Of a stretch of 29,427 nucleotides of DNA, positions 16,775 to 24,950 are shown piece by piece. The stretch comes from Candidatus Asbonarchaeum danakilense (GTDB taxonomy: Archaea; Nanohalarchaeota; Nanosalinia; Nanosalinales; Nanoanaerosalinaceae): positions 4,670 to 34,096 of the forward strand of contig JAXINV010000024.1 of assembly GCA_034190465.1 (NCBI GenBank). Direction: 5' to 3'. The translations under genes were made by a program, and so were the position numbers. Numbering within the stretch: the stretch's first letter is position 1; every line of letters begins with the position of its first letter. The notes under the pieces were generated by a model. It searched no databases and was not told the DNA's origin. It saw only the letters and a list, made by a program, of their open reading frames with translations.

Positions 16775-19700
16775 ATGGAGATCGGCACCGTAGAGGGCGC
16801 TGTCAACACAGAAACGTTCCACTTCGAGGCGCACAAGGACGTCGAGAAGTTCGACTTCGTCGCGGTCAAGGCCAACACCGACGAGGCCGAATGGCTGCTC
16901 GCACAGATCGCAGAGGTCGAGAAGAAGCCTCTCAAGGACAGCGACAAGGTCGACGACGCGTACAAGACCGTCGCCTCCGCCAACATCATCGGCTACCGGA
17001 ACAAGGGCCTGCTGAAGAAGCCCCGGTCCGTCATCGAGCCCGACTCCATCGTCTACCGCGCCGACCAGGACCTGATCAGCGACACCCTCGGCCTGGACCA
17101 GAACGGCCTCTACATGGGCCTGCTGCTCACAGATCCCGACATCAAGATCTACATGGACCCCGAGGACCTGTACAAGCACTTCGCCGTCCTCGCGAAGACA
17201 GGCGCCGGCAAGTGCGTGAGCGGAGAGACCCCGATCCTCCTTGCAGACGGTACAACGAAACCGATCAGAGAGATATTCGAAGAACATGCCGCAAGGACCG
17301 TCCACGAGAATGAAGATGAGACGCTCGTCCGGCTCGATGACGTTCAGGTCCAGAGCCTGGACGGCAATCGGCAGATCGGTTCAAGTGAGGCAGTCTTCGG
17401 CTACCGGAAGGAAGAAGACACAGTTATAACGATAACAACCGAATCCGGACGGGAAATCACGGTCTCAGAGGAGCATCCGCTGCTCACCGCGGAGGAAGAC
17501 ATCTCGTTCACCGAGGCAGCGGATCTGGAAGAGGGACACCACATCGCTGTTCCGCGCACCACCGACGCCACAGAGGACGCCACACTCTCCCTCTCTCCAG
17601 ATCTCCAGGCACGAAGCAGTGCCATCGTTGCGGAACGACAGGAAAAACAGCGCCAGTATCAAACAGCGATGGAGATCAGATCTCAGGGCAACGGACCAAC
17701 GACGATATCAGCCATGACGGGTGCAAAGCAGGGAACGGTCGAGAACTGGATATATCACGGTGATCAACCTGCCGCGACCGTCCAGGAAGGGTTGGCTGTC
17801 TCGGAGACCGGGAAACAGATTGAACTGCCCGGGGACCTTACGTCACTGTCCGAATTCCTTGCACTGCTGATAGCAGAGGGGGCTGAACAGTACACCCATT
17901 ACTACCGCGCCATCTTCAGCAACAGCGACCAGCAGTTGCTCGACCGTTTCACTATGCTGACGGAACAGCTCTTCGGTCTTGAGGCCCGGCCCATGGAGGG
18001 GGGCGTATATATCGATTCCAACGCGCTGAAGGCCTTCCTCGACGACATCGGGTACCGGACCTGTCAGCGCTCCGCAACGAAACAGATACCTAACATCGTC
18101 ATGCGTGCCCCACAGGCGGCAAAGAAGGCATTCCTCCAGGCATACTTCGACTGTGACGGCTGGATGGACGATCATGAAGCTTGTGTAATCTCTGCCAGCA
18201 GAGAAATCATCAACCGGCTTGCCTACCTGCTCCTCGAGTTCGGGATCGTCGCTCGTCTCAGGGAGACGGCGAAGACAGCGACCAACAGTGAGCATACAGA
18301 GGATACCTACTACGAACTGGTCATCAGCGGTCGGAACGACCTGGAGCTGTTCGCTGAACGTATCGGTTTCGGGCTGGAGCGGAAACAGGCGAAGCTCCAG
18401 AGCTATCTCGACGGAAGAGAGAGGAACACGAACGTCGATATCATCCCTGTTGACGGTGATGCGATCCGGAACGCGAGAGAGAAACAGGGGCTGAGCCAGC
18501 GGGAACTCGCGTCGGAGATCGACATGTCACAGATGAGCATCAGCCGTTACGAGAACGAGAACAGACGGCCTTCACGGCAGGCCCTCAAGAGACTTGCAGA
18601 CCAGCTCGGGCTGGACCAGTATCACAGACTGAGCACAGCAGATATCAGCTGGGACAGGATAGCAAGCATCGAACGGAAGGACAACCCGGGAACCCATGTC
18701 TACGATCTCACCGTCCGGGATGACCACACCTTCATCGGCGGCTACGGTGGCATCATCAACCATAACTCCTACGCAACAGCCGTCCTCATCGAGGAGCTGC
18801 TGGAAAAGGACTATCCCGTCGTCATCATCGACCCGCACGACGAATACCACAGCCTCACCGAGCCCAACGTCCTCGAGGACGAGGACATGCAGCAGTACGA
18901 CGTCGAGCCGCGGGACTTCCCGACGCAGGAGTACTCGACCAACACCGAGCTCAACCACCGCGCGGAGCAATTGACGTTCTCCTCGAAGAACATGGACGCC
19001 AAGGAGATCCAGCAGGTCGTCCCGACCAACCTGACGAACTCGCAGCTCGGCGTGCTGTACACAGCGCTGAAGGAGCTGAAGAAGCGGGAGAGCTACACCC
19101 TGGACGACGTCATCGAGACCTGCATGGACCAGGACTCCAAGGCCAAGTGGAACCTGATCAACATGCTGGAGACCGTGCGTGACTCCGGGCTGTTCGCGGA
19201 GCAGCCGACCGACCTGGACCAGCTGATCGAGCAGGGTACCGCCACCATCATCAACCTGCGCGGGGTCGACCCCGAGATGCAGGAGACCGTGGTCTACAAG
19301 CTGTCCAAGGAGCTGTTCGAGCGGCGGAAACGCGGCAAGCTGGAGCCGTTCTTCATGGTGATGGAGGAGGCGCACAACTTCGTGCCGGAGAAAGGCATGG
19401 GCAAGGCGATCTGCTCCGACATCCTGCGGAAGATCGCCTCTGAGGGCCGCAAGTTCGGCATGGGGATCGGCGTGATCTCCCAGCGGCCGGCCAACGTCGC
19501 GAAGAACATCCTGTCCCAGTGCAACACCCAGCTCATCATGCGTGTCACCAACCCGAACGACCTGTCCGCCATCTCCCGCAGCTTCGAGGGCGTGACCAGC
19601 GAGGTCGAGGACTCGATCACGAGCCTACCGCCCGGCGTCGGGCTGCTGCTGGGCAAGGAGTACCCGATCATGACCGACATCCGGGTCCGGAAGTCCAAGC

Positions 19701-20386
19701 ACGGCGGCGGGACGAAGGACGTCTCCGAGGAGGAAGGCATCGAGAAGGGCGGCGAAACCCGTGAGGAAGAGAGCCTGACCGCGAAGGCGGAGCAGACCGA
19801 CGTCGAGATCGGGCACGACGACCAGCCCGAGGAAGTTGACGAGCCGGACGAACGGGTCATCGAGGCGTTCACCGCAGCGATGAGCCAGGACGACCTGCCA
19901 CAGGACATGGACGAACCGGTGACCGCGTACTACCCGATCTACATCGTCAAGACGCCTGTCGGGCGGCTGGCGATCGACGCCGAGGACGGCGAGGTGACCG
20001 CCAGAGACCTCAACCTGACCGATCAGGCGGACAGCGTGCTGGACGGCCTGAAGGAGCACGATATGACCAGGGCGGAGCTCTCCGAGCTGACGTCGCTGGA
20101 CGAGGAGACGGTCGGCAAGATCCTGGACCGGCTGCGGGACTACCGCCTCGTGGAGAAGGACGATGAATACTACTCCTACACCGGTGTCGACCTGTTCTCC
20201 CACCAGGTGGAGGAGGTGGACGCCGCCGGCGACCGCGTGATCGACGTCAAGCTCTCCGAGGACGAGGCACGCCAGATCGCGAAGGATGAGCTTGGCAAGG
20301 AGGCGAAGAACGTCCGGCTGGTCTACTACCCGTACTTCAAGACCGGGAACCGGGTGTTCGACGCGGTGCTGGAGAAGGAGGTCTGA
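16775..20386 (+). CDS. HerA-like (DUF87/FtsK-HerA) ATPase with intein and C-terminal wHTH
   Basis: N-terminal HAS-barrel-like region; HFAVLAKTGAGK|S Walker A; IIDPHDEY; FMVMEEAHNF Walker B; EGRKFG; SQRPA; SQCNTQ. Mature extein 685 aa. Confidence 0.92.
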   Translation: MEIGTVEGAVNTETFHFEAHKDVEKFDFVAVKANTDEAEWLLAQIAEVEKKPLKDSDKVDDAYKTVASANIIGYRNKGLLKKPRSVIEPDSIVYRADQDLISDTLGLDQNGLYMGLLLTDPDIKIYMDPEDLYKHFAVLAKTGAGKCVSGETPILLADGTTKPIREIFEEHAARTVHENEDETLVRLDDVQVQSLDGNRQIGSSEAVFGYRKEEDTVITITTESGREITVSEEHPLLTAEEDISFTEAADLEEGHHIAVPRTTDATEDATLSLSPDLQARSSAIVAERQEKQRQYQTAMEIRSQGNGPTTISAMTGAKQGTVENWIYHGDQPAATVQEGLAVSETGKQIELPGDLTSLSEFLALLIAEGAEQYTHYYRAIFSNSDQQLLDRFTMLTEQLFGLEARPMEGGVYIDSNALKAFLDDIGYRTCQRSATKQIPNIVMRAPQAAKKAFLQAYFDCDGWMDDHEACVISASREIINRLAYLLLEFGIVARLRETAKTATNSEHTEDTYYELVISGRNDLELFAERIGFGLERKQAKLQSYLDGRERNTNVDIIPVDGDAIRNAREKQGLSQRELASEIDMSQMSISRYENENRRPSRQALKRLADQLGLDQYHRLSTADISWDRIASIERKDNPGTHVYDLTVRDDHTFIGGYGGIINHNSYATAVLIEELLEKDYPVVIIDPHDEYHSLTEPNVLEDEDMQQYDVEPRDFPTQEYSTNTELNHRAEQLTFSSKNMDAKEIQQVVPTNLTNSQLGVLYTALKELKKRESYTLDDVIETCMDQDSKAKWNLINMLETVRDSGLFAEQPTDLDQLIEQGTATIINLRGVDPEMQETVVYKLSKELFERRKRGKLEPFFMVMEEAHNFVPEKGMGKAICSDILRKIASEGRKFGMGIGVISQRPANVAKNILSQCNTQLIMRVTNPNDLSAISRSFEGVTSEVEDSITSLPPGVGLLLGKEYPIMTDIRVRKSKHGGGTKDVSEEEGIEKGGETREEESLTAKAEQTDVEIGHDDQPEEVDEPDERVIEAFTAAMSQDDLPQDMDEPVTAYYPIYIVKTPVGRLAIDAEDGEVTARDLNLTDQADSVLDGLKEHDMTRAELSELTSLDEETVGKILDRLRDYRLVEKDDEYYSYTGVDLFSHQVEEVDAAGDRVIDVKLSEDEARQIAKDELGKEAKNVRLVYYPYFKTGNRVFDAVLEKEV
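17213..18766 (+). mobile_element. Intein (518 aa) with LAGLIDADG homing endonuclease and HTH domains
   Basis: Starts CVSGETPILLADG after GAGK; block B ITVSEEHPLL; LAGLIDADG blocks FLALLIAEG and FLQAYFDCDG; ends VYDLTVRDDHTFIGG..IINHN with +1 Ser. Confidence 0.96.
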
Positions 20387-20397
20387 CCGCGGCAAGC

Positions 20398-20405
20398 CTT
20401 AAAAT
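20398..20405 (+). promoter_or_regulatory. TATA box of tRNA-Val
   Basis: CTTAAAAT ~28 nt upstream of the tRNA. Confidence 0.5.
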
Positions 20406-20432
20406 GCTTATCGCCTAACAGGACGGTGATAC

Positions 20433-20506
20433 GGGTCGTTGGTCTAGTTGGTCAGGACGTCGCCTTGACGTGGCGAAGGTCGGAGGTTCGAATCCTCCAC
20501 GACCCA
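20433..20506 (+). tRNA. tRNA-Val (GAC)
   Basis: Acceptor GGGTCGT/ACGACCC plus discriminator A; anticodon arm TCGCC-TT GAC GT-GGCGA; T arm GGAGG-TTCGAAT-CCTCC. Confidence 0.95.
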
Positions 20507-20887
20507 TCTCGCTTCTCTCGATGCTTGAAGGAGGATTCGCAACCTCGCAGAAGCACCAGCTTCAACCGGTTCGAATCCTCCACGACCCATTCTTAGAGGC
20601 GAGCCCTTCCCTCTGAAGTTCACCACGTCACAACGTTCCGTTGGAACGTTGTTCGAACCTGCTTCGACCCGAAGCAGGTGAGTTCCACTCTCGCTGGCGC
20701 TCGAGTCCGATTCGAATCCTCCACGACCCATCTACGATAGTTGGAGGGGCAGAAGATCTCCGATCTTCAACCTCCACGACCCACTCCGACGCTTCCGGAG
20801 TAGAAGGAGACGGTTCGCTCCGCGAACCGTCTATGAGATCTGCCGCCTGCATCGTCTGGCAGGCGTTCTGAATCCTCCACGACCCAT
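20485..20887 (+). repeat. Array of tRNA-Val 3'-end direct repeats with unique hairpin spacers
   Basis: Copies end at 20506 (tRNA), 20589, 20730, 20783 and 20886. All share CCTCCACGACCCA; four of five share GAATCCTCCACGACCCAT. Unit lengths 83, 141, 53 and 103 nt. Confidence 0.92.
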
Positions 20888-21062
20888 ACTCTCTCTGTTC
20901 GTCTGGTCTGGGGAGTTCCGCGATGAGGATAGAGCGTTACGCTTTCTCCCGAAGAAGTTCAACCCCCTGCATAAGAATCCGCTCTGCCCTCCCGCCGACC
21001 CTCAATAGTGTGAGTACCCGAGGGTAAGGAATAAATAAATCGGGTGGGAAGCTGCGGGAGAA

Positions 21063-21965
21063 ATGCTTGAGCAGGACGATCTGTCGCGGCGGGACTTCCT
21101 GAAGCTGGGCGGAGCCGCGGCAGTGCTCGGCCCGTCGCTGGCCGTCGGCAAGGAGTACGCCAGCAAGTACATGGAGCAGTTCGAGAACAGCCTGCCGATG
21201 GAGGTCAACGTCTACCAGACGCCCGACGTGGCCGAAACAGCGGCAGCGTACGGCAGGGACGAGCACCATGCGCAGGACGTCGCCGCGGCCTACATCCAGG
21301 ACGCGTTCAATGAGGTCTTCGACCGGACAGGGATCGACGCCGAGGTCCACGTCAACGTCGTCGACGAGCCCGTCGACATGGGCGACCACGACACGACAGA
21401 AGGCATGCTCAAGGACTGGTACGACGAACTCGCCACACGGGAAGACACCGCGTCGCACAGCAACCTGCTCATCCACGGCAACCACTACATGGACGCGCTT
21501 GGCGAGGGAGAATCCGGCTGGGACGGTCCGCTCGGCCACGTCCACAGCTGCGGCACGTCGAGCGAGGTCTCGAACGGGGCCGTCCTCGGCAACGGTTACC
21601 GACTCATCGAACTCGACCCCGAGACGGTCAACGAGACCACGGCGTGGAAGCTCTATGCCGAGGACCTCGACGAGACCATCTACCCGGGGCATCCGCCGGC
21701 AGAATGGGTGGCGTACAGCGCTGCGCACGAGGTCGGGCACAACAGCTGCCTGCACCACGACATGGGCGACGTCACCGTCGAGGACCAGGAGCACGGTCGG
21801 GAGCTCACAGCCAGCGTGATGATGGGCGCATACTACGACGAATTCGCCGATGAGACGAACGGCGGCAGCAGGGTCCCAGAGCCAGAGGAGAACGACGACA
21901 TCTACCTCTCCAACCGGTTCAGCGAGACAGTCGAACAGTTCCTGGCCGAGACATACGGCCAGTGA
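21063..21965 (+). CDS. Tat-exported zinc metalloprotease (metzincin-like)
   Basis: SRRDFLK twin-arginine signal; HEVGHNSCLHH zinc motif; downstream SVMM Met-turn. Confidence 0.8.
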   Translation: MLEQDDLSRRDFLKLGGAAAVLGPSLAVGKEYASKYMEQFENSLPMEVNVYQTPDVAETAAAYGRDEHHAQDVAAAYIQDAFNEVFDRTGIDAEVHVNVVDEPVDMGDHDTTEGMLKDWYDELATREDTASHSNLLIHGNHYMDALGEGESGWDGPLGHVHSCGTSSEVSNGAVLGNGYRLIELDPETVNETTAWKLYAEDLDETIYPGHPPAEWVAYSAAHEVGHNSCLHHDMGDVTVEDQEHGRELTASVMMGAYYDEFADETNGGSRVPEPEENDDIYLSNRFSETVEQFLAETYGQ

Positions 21966-22158
21966 TCGCCGAACAGCACCTGGTAGTGCTCGATCGAACG
22001 GTCCTTCTCCCCGACAGCGATCATCGCGCCGCCGGGCAGCCCGGTCTTGTAGGCATCACCAAGGATACGTTCCTCGCCCTCAGCATAGCCCCTCAGGAGC
22101 GGTGTCCTGCTCCGGATACCAAACTTTTTATGGAACTCTCACGCAGTAGTTAAGGCAC

Positions 22159-22506
22159 ATGGCCGGGTTCAAGCAGTCCATCGTCCTCAGGCAGGACCTT
22201 GGGCTGAGCGAGGGTAAAAAGATATCACAGGCATGTCATGCATGCCTTGGAGCGTTTCAAAAAGCCGGAAACGACGTAATAAATTCCTGGCAGGACAGCG
22301 GGGCGAAAAAGGTCGCCCTCAAGGCCGATGACGAGGAAACGTTGCGGCGTCTCTTTGAACAGGCGAAACGCAAGGACCTCCCTGCCTACCTCGTGACCGA
22401 TGCAGGCAGAACCGAACTGGAGCCCGGCACCGTCACCTGCCTGGGTGTCGGCCCGGCGGACGAAAACGATATCGATGCAGTGACAGGAGAACTCGAGCTG
22501 ATATAG
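22159..22506 (+). CDS. pth2: Peptidyl-tRNA hydrolase Pth2
   Basis: KQSIVLRQDLGLSEGKKISQACHA, KKVALK, DAGRTELEPGTVTCLGVGP. Confidence 0.95.
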   Translation: MAGFKQSIVLRQDLGLSEGKKISQACHACLGAFQKAGNDVINSWQDSGAKKVALKADDEETLRRLFEQAKRKDLPAYLVTDAGRTELEPGTVTCLGVGPADENDIDAVTGELELI

Positions 22507-23673
22507 ATGGACGACGAACACGAACAACTGCCGACGTGGAGCTACCGTTCAGAGACACGGGGCATCGGCGGCGCTATCAAGGAGCAGATCGAGGACTTCG
22601 TCGTGGAGGAAGTCGCCGACCATCCGGTCGGAGACGGGGAACACCTCGTCTTCAAGCTCACCAAGCACAACATGACCACGATGGCCGCCATCCGCGAGCT
22701 GTCCAACATGCTCCACATCTCCCGTGACCGGTTCGGCTACGCCGGGAACAAGGACAAAAGAGGTGTCACGACCCAGTACGTTTCCGTCCGCGGGCTGGAT
22801 GAGGAAGATCTCAACCGCGTGTTCATGCCCAACCTGGAGATCGAGGTCGTCGGCCACGACGGCTACATCAACCTGGGAAGCCTGGACCACAACGAGTTCA
22901 ACATCACGATTCGGTCCATCAACCTGCCCAAGGAGAACGTGGAGAGCCGTGTGGACAGTATCATGGACGAGCTCGACGGCTGGATGCCCAACTACTTCGG
23001 CGACCAGCGGTTCGGCTCCACGCGCCCGATCACACACCAGGTCGGCCGCGAGATTCTGAAAGGCAACTTCGAGGAGGCGGTCTGGACGTACATCGCCAAG
23101 CCGTACGACGAAGAATACGACAAGGTCCGCAAGGTCCGCGAAGACCTGTGGGAGACCCGTGACCCCGAGCAGAAGGCGGAGAAGTTCCCCGAAGAATATC
23201 GGTACGAGAAGATCCTGCTGTACCACATCTCCGAGAACGACGGCGACTACAAGGGCGCCATCAAACGGCTGCCCGAAGGCCTGCAGAAGCTGTTCATCCA
23301 CGCCTACCAGTCCTACGTCTTCAACATCGCACTCAGCGACCTGGTGGAGGACGGGTTCGACGACACTGACGCGGAACTCCCGCTCGTCGGCCACAAGACC
23401 TCGCTCCGTGAAGACAAAGAGGGCGACCAGCGGATCAAAGAGGTGCTGGAGGACGAGGGCATCAACCAGGAGGACTTCAAGCTGCACGACATGCAGCAGC
23501 TCCGGTCAGAGGGCGACTACAGGAAGTGCTTCGTACCCGTCCAGGGATTCGAGCTGGAGGACGTCGACGAGGATGACCTCAACCTGAACAAGAACAAGGC
23601 AGACGTCCGCTTCAACCTCGGCAAAGGCAGCTATGCGACCGTGTTTCTCCGTGAGCTAATGAAGGACGCATGA
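22507..23673 (+). CDS. truD: tRNA pseudouridine(13) synthase TruD
   Basis: EDFVVEE, YAGNKDKRGVTTQ (catalytic Asp), PNYFGDQRFG, HAYQSYVFN, LGKGSYATVFLRE. Confidence 0.96.
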   Translation: MDDEHEQLPTWSYRSETRGIGGAIKEQIEDFVVEEVADHPVGDGEHLVFKLTKHNMTTMAAIRELSNMLHISRDRFGYAGNKDKRGVTTQYVSVRGLDEEDLNRVFMPNLEIEVVGHDGYINLGSLDHNEFNITIRSINLPKENVESRVDSIMDELDGWMPNYFGDQRFGSTRPITHQVGREILKGNFEEAVWTYIAKPYDEEYDKVRKVREDLWETRDPEQKAEKFPEEYRYEKILLYHISENDGDYKGAIKRLPEGLQKLFIHAYQSYVFNIALSDLVEDGFDDTDAELPLVGHKTSLREDKEGDQRIKEVLEDEGINQEDFKLHDMQQLRSEGDYRKCFVPVQGFELEDVDEDDLNLNKNKADVRFNLGKGSYATVFLRELMKDA

Positions 23674-23720
23674 GACAGGCCACCACGATTTAAAAATCTG
23701 GTTTATAAAGTGTGGCTGTC

Positions 23721-24950
23721 ATGTTCATCTGGATCGTCTGGGGCGTCATCGCAGTCTCCGTCTTCATGTCGCTGTTCTGGCTCAATATACTTCAGAAAGA
23801 AGAGGTCGACGTCCGCTCGTACCCTGACCCGGACGAATTCCCGTCAATCTCCGTCCTCATCCCTGCCTACAACGAGGAACGGATCATCGCGGACGCCATC
23901 GACTCGGTCCTGGAACAGGACTACCCCCGGCAGCTGCTGGACATCATCGTCGTCAACGACGGCTCCACCGACGGGACCCAGGAAATCGTCGAGGAGTACG
24001 AGGAACGAGGCGATGTCACCCTGATCAACCAGGAGAACCAGGGCAAGGGCGGGGCGCTGAACACCGGCCTGGAGCACGCCACAGGCGATCTTATTTCTGT
24101 CCAGGACGCTGACTCAGTCATCGAGCCGGACGCGTTCCGGAAGATGGTCGGCCACTTCCAGAAAAGCGACGTCGGCGGTGTCATCGCAGGCATCAAGCCC
24201 CTGGAGACAGATACCGTGTGGAAAAAGCTGCAGCGTGTCGAATACCTGCTGGGCATCCTCTACCGGAGACTGATGTCCGCCATCAACACGTTGTACATCA
24301 CCCCCGGGGCGCTGTCGCTGTACCGGCGGGACCTGGTCAAGGAGTTCGGCGGGTTTGACGAAGACAACCTGACCGAGGACCTGGAGATCGCGCTGCGGTT
24401 GAAGAAGCACGGGTACAACATCGAGATGACCGCCCCCGCTATCACCCGTACCGAGTTCCCGCAAAGCTTCCGGGACCTGATGCGGCAGCGGGTCCGGTGG
24501 TACCGTGGCCTGATCAACAACACCCTCAGGTACCGTGAAATGATTTTTAACCGTGAATACGGACTTTTCGGTACGTTCCAGATGCCGCTCCACCTCGTCT
24601 TCCCGTTCGTGTCGATGATAGGCGCGTTCATGGTCGTGTACGGGATCGGAGAAACCGTCTTCAATTCACTGCTCTGGCTGAGCTCAGCCGGCTTCACGCT
24701 GTACAACCCCTTCGCCGGATACACTCCATACAGGTTCCTCCTCGCCTTCAACGTCAAAGTGTACTTCCCGCTCATCATCGGGGCTATCCTGGTCGGGGCA
24801 CTGATCTACCTGTCACACCGGTACACGGACGAGAAACTGAAACACCCGCTGTCGATTGGCGCATTTTTTATAATTTACTACACGATACTTGGCATATTCT
24901 GGTGCATGGCGGTCGGCCAAGAAATCACGCGACGTGAGAAACGATGGTAG
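23721..24950 (+). CDS. Processive family-2 glycosyltransferase (PgaC/IcaA/cellulose-synthase-like)
   Basis: IPAYNEE, VNDGSTD, GKGGALN, QDADS, TED and QRVRW motifs, with N- and C-terminal TMs. TTTAAAAA/TTTATAAA upstream. Confidence 0.9.
   Translation: MFIWIVWGVIAVSVFMSLFWLNILQKEEVDVRSYPDPDEFPSISVLIPAYNEERIIADAIDSVLEQDYPRQLLDIIVVNDGSTDGTQEIVEEYEERGDVTLINQENQGKGGALNTGLEHATGDLISVQDADSVIEPDAFRKMVGHFQKSDVGGVIAGIKPLETDTVWKKLQRVEYLLGILYRRLMSAINTLYITPGALSLYRRDLVKEFGGFDEDNLTEDLEIALRLKKHGYNIEMTAPAITRTEFPQSFRDLMRQRVRWYRGLINNTLRYREMIFNREYGLFGTFQMPLHLVFPFVSMIGAFMVVYGIGETVFNSLLWLSSAGFTLYNPFAGYTPYRFLLAFNVKVYFPLIIGAILVGALIYLSHRYTDEKLKHPLSIGAFFIIYYTILGIFWCMAVGQEITRREKRW

Noticed and set aside
16775..20386. 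HerA-based anti-phage system (Sir2-HerA/Nezha-like)
   Set aside because: No adjacent effector gene. The context is housekeeping (ndk, tRNA) and the extein codon usage is host-like.
20444..20871. ORFs 20444-20731(-), 20628-20852(-) and 20641-20871(+)
   Set aside because: They overlap the tRNA and repeat array. Their repeated peptides (MGRGGFE) are just translations of the repeat.
20485..20887. Calling the repeat array a CRISPR
   Set aside because: The repeat is the tRNA 3' end, only 13-23 nt long. Unit lengths vary from 53 to 141 nt, the spacers are self-complementary, and no cas genes or AT-rich leader are present.
20568..20887. Additional complete or split tRNA genes in the array
   Set aside because: Only the T-loop and acceptor 3' strand recur. 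No D or anticodon arms or 5' acceptor strands were found.
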